From Macrostomum hystrix (Eukaryota > Animalia > Platyhelminthes), in assembly GCA_950097015.1 (NCBI GenBank), contig CATNEN010000012.1, positions 744,001 through 808,000 of the forward strand: DNA of 64,000 nucleotides. The letters are read 5' to 3'. How positions within the stretch are numbered: the first letter of the stretch is position 1; each line of letters begins with the position of its first letter. A model generated the notes under the pieces. It was given only the letters and a program-made list of their open reading frames with translations, did not search any database and was not told the origin of the DNA. The position numbers were made by a program, and so were the translations under genes. Shown here piece after piece: positions 36,602 to 45,600 of the stretch.

Positions 36602-39600
36602 ATGCCTCAAGAGCAGATGATGGACTCCAGCGATAGTTCAGATGTGTTCAAAATCCTACTAGCCACAGACAATCATGTTGGCTACATGGAAAAGGACGGC
36701 CTGCGCTACCGGGACTCGGTGCGCACTCTAGAAGAGATCCTGTCCATTGCCAAGCGCGAGGAGGTCGACTTTCTGCTGCTCGGCGGAGACCTGTTCCACG
36801 AGAACTGCCCCAGCACCTTCACAATGCACTCCTGTGTGCGACTCATCAGGCAGTACTGCTTCGGCGACAGGCCTGTGCAGTTCCAGGTTGAGCAAATGGT
36901 CTATTCTGAAAAGCAGTTTCCGTCTGTAACGCATTCTCTAATCTCTACTATCTCAAAAGCTGCTGTGGGGGTCTCAGAAGTGTCTCAAAATGGTCTCAGG
37001 GCTGATCTCTGAGTGTCGTTATGGCGTAAAAAATGTTCTCAAAATAAACTCAGACAAATCTTCCAACGAAATCGAACTCCCGACCGATCTGCTATTTAAA
37101 AGGTGCTCAGCGATCAAGCCAAGAACTTTCAGCACCGGCGACAGCAACGGGCGGCGGCGGCCGCGGCGAAGATTGTCGGCGATTGCGACGTCGACATAGA
37201 CGTCTGCGGCGGCGTGAACTTCGAGGACGCCAATCTGAATGTCAGCGTGCCAGTGTTCATTGTGCACGGCAATCACGACGATCCGCTTGGCCGAGAGGGC
37301 CTCAGCGCCTTGGACGTGCTGGACTCCGCCGGTCTCGTCAACCTGTTCGGTAAGCACGACAATGTGGAATCTGTCGAGCTGTCGCCGATTCTCCTGGCCA
37401 AAGGCGCCAGTCGGCTGGCCCTGTACGGCCTGGGCAACATCCGAGATGAGAGGCTGCACAGCCTCTTTGTGCAGCGGGCCGTGACAGTGCTCAGCCCGGA
37501 GGAGGATCCCGAGTCCTGGTTTAACCTGCTGGTGGTGCACCAGGTGATGCGCTGTCTTCCAGTACTTCAGAATACCGTGACATACCTTCGATTCCTATTG
37601 ATCCCAATTGTCTCCTCCAATATTATAAAATGCCGTCAAGATTCCCTTCCCATCCCTTAAAATTCCATATTATCTTCAATCATCTAGAATCTCACGAGAA
37701 TCCCCACCGATCCCTTAAAATCCATTTCATATCCCATCTCCTCCAAATATCCATAATCCCTTGAGAGTCCTTTCTGATCCCTTAAAATCCCTGCCGTCTC
37801 CTCCAAACATCCATAATCCCCTGAGAGTCCTTTCTGATTCCTTAAAATCGCGATTGTCTCATTCGATCCTCTAGAATTCCTTGATAATCCCCACCGACCC
37901 ATAAGACTCTAAACGGCCCTTTAAACCTCATCATCAGAACCGCAGCAAGCATGGCCAGACCAACTACCTGCCCGAGGCGTTCATCGACCCCATCATCGAC
38001 CTGGTGATGTGGGGCCACGAGCACGAGTGCCTGATTGTGCCGGAGCAGAATCCTCAAACCGGTGTCTTCATCACACAGCCCGGCAGCTCCATAGCCACCT
38101 CGTTGTGCCCTGGCGAGGCCGCGCCAAAGCACGTCGGCCTGCTATACGTCAAGGGCAAAAAATTCCGAATCGAACCGATTCCGCTGGCCACTGTGCGACC
38201 ATTTGTGTTCGACACGCTTAGCCTGGCTGATAGGCGGGTGCCCGTCACGGCTAGCAGCGAGGACCTGCAGGTTTGTGCCTTGTTTGGCCAATCGGGGTGT
38301 GACAGCTCGCCTTCATTTACAAGCTAGATTACTTCCCTAGAGTAGCGAGATGGACTTCTGAGAATCTGGAGGATTTCATAGAAATTATCGGTAGCATTTC
38401 TGAGGGCGAATTTGTTTTTTTTGTGACTCTCAAAAGAAATTTCTTTGTCTACAACATTTCTCAAAGTTCCTAGGAATTGTCTGATGGGATTTTTAAGCTT
38501 CCTAATTTCCTTAGTGATTTTCAGGTGGGATTTCATTAGCTTCCTAATTTACTTAATGATTCTCAGGTGGGATTTCATTAGCTTCCTAATTTCCTTAGTG
38601 ATTTTCAGGTGGGATTTCATTAGCTTCCTAATTTCCTTAGTGATTCTCAGGTGGGATTTCATTAGCTTCCTAATTTCCTTAGTGATTCTCAGGTGGGATT
38701 TCATTAGCTTCCTAATTTCCTTAGTGATTCTCGGGTGGGATTTCATTAGCTTTCTAATTTCCTTTGTGATTCTCATGTGGGATTTTTTAGCTTCTTAGTT
38801 TCCTTAGGGATTCGTAGGTGGGATTTTATTACCTACCTTATTTTATTACGAATTCGTAGGTGGGATTTTATTAGCTTTGAACCTTGAAACCCCCCTCCCC
38901 CAGAGCCTTGTGGCTTCCCACCTGGAGCTGCTTATCGAGCGGGCCGAAGCGCAGCGTCGACCTGGCGCGCCGGAGCCGCCGCTGATCAGGCTGCGAGTTG
39001 ACTACACTGGCGGCTACGAGACCTTCAGCGGCCAGAAGTTTGCCCAGCGATTCGTTGGCCGGGTTGCCAATCCGAGAGATCTGCTGCTCTTCTGCAAGGT
39101 CTGTCTGTCAAGGTCTATGCTGTGCTCATACATTGTTGCTTTAATTATAAATAAGGCGCAAGCCATCAACGGGTGCTGATTTTTCCCCCGATAAACTGCC
39201 ATCAAAAAGCTAAGGCAAGGTCCAAAAATATTCGTGAGTTAATTGCTAAACAAATATTTCGCGCGACAAAGTTTTAAAGAAGGATAATAAACGAACCGCA
39301 ACGATAATTTAAATTAAGCCAAAAGGAGAGAAATTTCAGATTTTTTAAACATCTAGGATTCTAGGCTATTCGATCTTTTTTGCATGGTTACAAGTCTCAG
39401 GGCAGCTGTTCTTTGATTATTGATATCTCAATAATATAGAGATTCTCAGGTGGAAGTGACTGAGCTTCAGTCAGCTTCAGATTCTGAAATCTCAGAATCT
39501 AGGATGAGAATCTCAGAATCTAGGATGAGAATCTCAGAATCTAGGGTGAGAATCTCAGAATCTAGGGTGAGAATCTCAGAATCTAGGGTGAGAATCTCAG

Positions 39601-42600
39601 AATCTAGGGTGAGTCTACGGCTGAATAAACAGAAAAGTATTCAGCAAACATCGCTGGCATTATTTCAATACACAGAACAAAAACAGCAAGACTGAAAAAT
39701 TTGGCAAAATTAAAAGCAATCGGAACGCGAAAGCAATTTCACGCAAAAGTAATGGGAAAAATATGTAGGCATGAAAACTTACGAAATGAAACAACTAAAA
39801 TATACTTTTTTTAAAACCTTTCAAAGCTTTTGCATGACAGCTTCAACTTATAGTCAAGTTAGTCCGCTAAACAGTCGCTTTCAGTCACAGTCTCCATCAA
39901 AATCAATCACTCAGTTGTCAGTGTCTCAATGACACAGCTTGGACACAGGCCGCACCAGAACAGACTGACCAACTTGAAACTTGGCCCACACGTACTCAAC
40001 CGTCTTGGCCAGGGAACACCGAAGCCACTCGTCCCAGCGGCCAGTGACCTCGTGTCGCGTCGGGCTTGACGATCAGCCCGACATTATTCACTTGCAGGTC
40101 TCTCTGTTGGTCGGTCCACCTTGACCTTGGCTGCAGGCCCGGTAGCCACTCTTGCATCCATCGAGGCCACGCATGCGTAACGAGTTCCTGCACACGCCGC
40201 CAACGCCGTCTCGGATTTTTCTTTACGTCCTCGGACACGTCCGGCGCGAACTGGCCTCCGGCTTGTCCATGCAGGAAGTGGTTGGGCGCCATCGGGTTGG
40301 CCGTCTGGTACATGATTCAGCGCGAGTTGATGAGCGCCTCCGCTCCGGTAGTAGCTGGGTGCAGCTGCTCATAATTCATATCCGCGTTGCCGAGGATCGC
40401 GCTCAGCGCCCGCTTTGCTGCGCGGATCATTACTTCGTGTGCTCCTCCAAAATGTGGCGCTGCTGGGACCTGCTGCAATTTGGCCTTGTTCACGCTTGCC
40501 AGCTGCTGAAGCTCCTCTGCTCCTCTGTTGGTGCCTTCCCTGTCAGTAGCAACTGGAAAATTCCTTCCTCGTATACAGGTATTTGGTGCGAAACCTCTGA
40601 ATAAGTCATACATCTACACTGTGTGCAGCCCAACCTTAAACCATCATCTTAACAAAAACGTGTATTGCCTTGTGTTATCTTTATATACGTACGAATCTAC
40701 ATATAGGGCCCGTTCTATAAAGCTTTCGTAAGTTCCGTCGTACGCTCTAACTTACGCACGAGAACTAAGAACTGTCTGAGAATGTTCTTACGTGCGTTCG
40801 GAGAAAATTTCGCAGATGCGTCGTAACTTACGCAGGGGCTGCGATCAAACTTTAGCACTGGCGTCTTACTTTTACCGTAAGCGGAATTTTTACCGTCCCT
40901 TTTTAGTTATCTTTGAGACGCATGCTGTACTTATTAAGTAATTCAAGTAACGAATGACACTCACATTTTCATATCAATAGACAAAAATATCGAACGGCAA
41001 TACTGTATTGCCCTTGGTTCACAACACCATTATATTTAACTACAGTTGCCACAACACATTTAAAAAAGACACAGGTCCTTGATACTCAGAGAAAGAAGGC
41101 CTACACGTCATTAAAATGGACCAATTGCCTACTATCAAAATTCTTTCTTGTCTCCTTTTCGATCGCCAGTCTCTCCTGCTCAATGCGTAGACGCTCCCCC
41201 TCGATCTGCAGCCTCTCTTTCTCGACGAAAAATCGGTCAGTTTCGATCTTCAGTCGGTCTTCCTCCACCCGGAGACGTTTTGTTTCCAAGGATCCAATCA
41301 GCTCAAGCTTGCTTTGATCTGTCTGACGCTTCTTGTTCTTGGCAGTAGAAGCGGCAGCAGGGGTGGCAGCAGACTCTTCGCTGTCTCCATCGTCGGCAGT
41401 GTCGTACTCAGGCGATGCACATCTGCCAACCTCTTCGACAGATTTACCAGCAGGTGAACTAGCAGCCACCGAGCTTGATGACGCAGCCTGTCCCTTAGAT
41501 GCAGGCAACTGCAACGTGTCAACACCGAATGGCACACCTTCCACGACCTGGGGTCGGATCGACTGCGCAGCCTTCTCCTCGAAGCTCGACAACTGCGGGG
41601 CCTGCGACGGACCGCCTCCTGTCTTAGCTTGCTCCTTGCGGATGCTGGCGACCTTGTGCTTCAGTTGACTCTTGAAATCGGACCACCGCTTGCGGCAGTT
41701 CTCGGCTGATCGTCCTTGTCCGCCGACTGAATTCACGATATCGGCAATTTGCTGCCATCCGCGTTTTTTGCGTAAATTTGCTTCGACAGTATTAGCGGAG
41801 CTCTCCAAGTAATTTTTGCGCTTGGTCGTTGCCTCCTGCAGTGTCTCGATTTCGATCATGGACCAGTTGGCCGCGCGTTTCAGAGCTGCGTTGGAACTCA
41901 TGGCTTGTCTGGCACATTCACAAGGATCTGCTTGTCTTCGTTCAGCCCTTATATTGCTACTCCATTGACTTTGATTGGCGCATCACCTTCTCTCTCTAAC
42001 ACCCGCAGCCTGCGGGGGTGCTAAGGTTGTTACGTTAGTGTTAGAGAGAGAGAGGCGTTAACGAGAGAGAAGGTGATGCGTTTCAATGTTGCGGAGTATG
42101 GATTGCATTCATTGGCGGAAAGATCAATGAGGTGATGCGAAAGTTATAAACCAGCCCGGCGCGCAATTATCCTCAGGTCGGCCTGAGGCGGCATTTCACA
42201 AAGGATGACTTACATATATCTGATTGGCTGGGGAATTTATGACCACCTGCTGCTCCCGTTTTTACAACCCACACTTGGTTAAATCGGTTTTAATTTAATC
42301 AGTTAAACAATTCTTTCCTTTAGAATTGAAGGAATTGAGCCCCAGCCGAAATATAGGAGACCTAGTTTAATGGAATGCCAGAGTCACCAAATGAATTTCT
42401 TAGACTTGACACTCGCTCAGCACACCTTGAGAACTGAGAGACGATTTCGGGATCGACTCGACCCTCTCGACTTCACTGATCAGGAGATTTTCGAGCGGTA
42501 CCGGCTGCCACGGCAACCATTGCTCGAGCTCATTGAGCTGCTGCGGCCGCAACTGCAACGTCAGACGCGTCGCAACAGAGCAGTTTCCGTCGAGCTGCAG

Positions 42601-45600
42601 GTTTGCCTGGCTATGCGCTTTTTTGCAACGGGCAGCTTCCTCAGAGTCATTGGGGACGTTTTCAACTGCAGTTGCGTGACAGCGTCAGGAGTTGTCACCG
42701 ACGTTTGCAAGCTGCTTCAGGACATGGCGCCTGCTCACATTTCGTTTCCATGCAATCAGCAGGCGGCGGCAGCTTCAGCTCGGTCATTTTTTGACATTGC
42801 CGGAGTGCCCCAGGTGCTTGGAGCCATCGACTGCACGCACATCCGCATCCGGCGTCCTATCGACGACGGTGGAGTCTTCATCAATCGGAAAGGATTTCAC
42901 TCGATCAATGTTCAGGCAGTCTGCACTGCCAATCTCTCATTCACCAACGTTGTCGCACGTTGGCCCGGCAGCAGCCACGACTCCTTCATCTTTCAGCAAT
43001 CTGCGCTGAAGGACCTCCTCGCTGATGGGATTGTCGCCGGCTTCTTGGTTGGAGATGCGGGCTATCCGCTCCGACCGTTTCTGATGACGCCGTTCAGGGA
43101 CCCACAGACGAATTCCGAGCAAAACTTCAACAGGCGACTGAGTAGAACTCGAGTGACTATCGAAAGGGCATTCGGTGTTCTGAAATCGAGATTTCGATGT
43201 CTAGATCACAGCGGAGGAGCTCTGCAGTTTCATCCGAGCAAGGTGTGCAGCATTATCGTGGCATGCTGCGTGCTGCACAATTTTGCGATGGCCAGAGCTG
43301 TTCCACTTCCGCCTGAAGTTCTGCCGCTGGCCATTGAAGCAGCAGTTGAAAATCCAGCTGCACCAGCTGAGGACACGGCTGCTGGTCGAGCTGAGAGACA
43401 GCGAATAATGCAGCTGCTGCCACCGTGAACCATTATAGGACGATTGCTATTTCCTGCTACTCACTTTTAAAAACAAAACTATGTTGAAACAGTTTCTACA
43501 GTCTTTATATAAATAATCATTTGTGCTTGCTTTATTGGTGTCTTCACTGCAAAAGTTACTTACGACAGGTCCGACCTGTCTTAGATTTACGACGGTACTT
43601 AGGAGGCCGCTGTGACTTAGGAAAGATTCACCGAACGCAAATTTACGCACGTGCGGTGACTTAAGAAGCTTCTTAAATCTAAGAACGATCTTAAGATACG
43701 ATGGCTTCACCGAACACTTTACGACATTGCGGCAGCGTAAGTTTGAACTTAGAGATACGCAAGCTTTATAGAACGGGCCCATACATAATACGCTAAGAAC
43801 AGACATTTCGGATTTTTTAGAGTAGCAGCCACTGTTTACCGTGTCACAGTGTACTCTCGTGTCTACGTTCGTTCGTTCGTTGTAGTGTACGTTCTATATC
43901 CAGTGCACTTTGCACCCGTAGCTTCTCTCTATCTGCACATCTCAGCTTTGGTTCGTTATGATTGACTAAGCAAACTAATAAAACTGAGTCAACTGACACT
44001 TTTTTCTGGTGTTTAAGGATCTTAAAATTCGAAATTTCTGATTTCCCCATACAAGTTTTAACTGAGTTGCAGGTATGGACAAGATATAAAATGACAGACG
44101 TACTATACGTGGTATGAATGGATATTTAGAATGGATATTTAGAAGAATATATATATATAGACAGACAAAGATTTATTAAATAATTATCACTTAACTTCAC
44201 TTGGAGACAAACACAATGTGTTTAAAGCATATTTGCTGCAAAACGTAAAACAGTATGTAAAAATTCCGGTGTTGAGTTAGTATTTTAGTTATACTAACGT
44301 CTTAAAACGTCTTGAAAAACATCTTAACACTTCTTTGTTCACGAATCACTTCTTAACATGATGCGCGATGCCACGCAGAAACAAGCGGATTGGGTATTCG
44401 GCTGGCAATCCTTCGCCTTCGACCCAGCGTTGGGTGATGCGCCGTACGATTGTGTTACTCTGGGCGTACTTTGCCGAAAGGCCGGAGCTTCTCCAGCGTC
44501 AGCACGCTGCATCAGCCACAGCTGGTGATCGTGCTCCTTTTTCAGTTTAATGATGAGCTTGAATATTTGAGGCTTGCAACACTGAAGCATTGCTTGGATA
44601 CGCTGGTGCCATGCTTCATCCGAGTTGTTAGTACGATGCTGGCCCTGGATAGTCCGTTGGCGCACATTCCAACAGTTGATCGGAAGCTCTGGCGGTCGTT
44701 ACAGGTTGGCAATCTTCGAAAAATTAAGGGTTTATGAATTTTGCTAGCAGGAACTTTGCTAGCCGAAGATCAGCTAGCAAAATTCCTAGCACCCCATAAA
44801 GGTGCTGACTAAGGGTTCGGCTTGAGCTTTGGGGTGGGTGCTTGCTAGCGCTGTGGGGTTGGCGGCTTGCACTTCAGATGCAGCATTCTGCGCTGCTCCT
44901 CTTCAATCTATGAACGAACGTTGCCTTCTGACCGCCTCCAATATCATTTCTAGTTTTTCGCTTGCCATCAGATGCTACTCAAATACAAATTCGATGACGT
45001 TGGTGTCGCCGTTGGCTCGAATCTTCAAATTCTTCCGATTTTTTGGAATAACTCGCACACAGCGCACCGTGCCCGACGTAGGATCGTTGATAACGTCAAC
45101 TGGGTAACTTGCCTAAGTGACTACAACTTGAGGGTCAGCCGTAGTAGCCACCTCCACGGCAGCCGTTTGTTGATGGCTCATAGCACAGATCGCTTGCTCT
45201 CGTTTATTCCCTCGTCGAATGTAGCGCTCGACAGATGCACCTCGCTTGTGGCCTGTCACTTTGGCGATAGTTTCGGCATTAAATCCAGCGTCGTGAAGTT
45301 CCGTGATTACAGTTGCACGCACACAATGCGCAGTGTATGGCTTGGACAATCCGGCGGACGTAGAAGTTTTTTTCATCAGAGGCCCAAGGGTGTTGACTCC
45401 TACTGCTCTCTTGCTGTACCACTTACCATCAGATTCGACCGATCAAAGTATTTACCGAGCTTCTTTAGGTCGTCACTCTCAATAGCATCGTAGTGCTTCA
45501 CTCTTCCTTCAGATCGAAGGAAAGCGTTTGTTATGTCTTCTTCTTCTGTTTCAACGATGATTACTGCCTCAAGGCTATCATCGGACATCAAAGTCTAAGG

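Larger units (their letters stand above)
40706..43780. mobile_element. Apparently complete PIF/Harbinger DNA transposon (3075 bp) in MRE11 intron 4
   Basis: TIRs GGGCCCGTTCTATAAAGCTT(T/G)CGTA at 40706 and, reverse-complemented, ending at 43780. 3-bp TSD ATA (40703-40705 and 43781-43783). Two intact divergent ORFs. Subterminal CTTACG/CGTAAG repeats. Confidence 0.93.

Noticed and set aside
6888-36602. LARP1-VGLUT-MRE11 as an operon
   Set aside because: They are co-oriented but separated by more than 5 kb containing mobile elements and repeats, and have no functional link.
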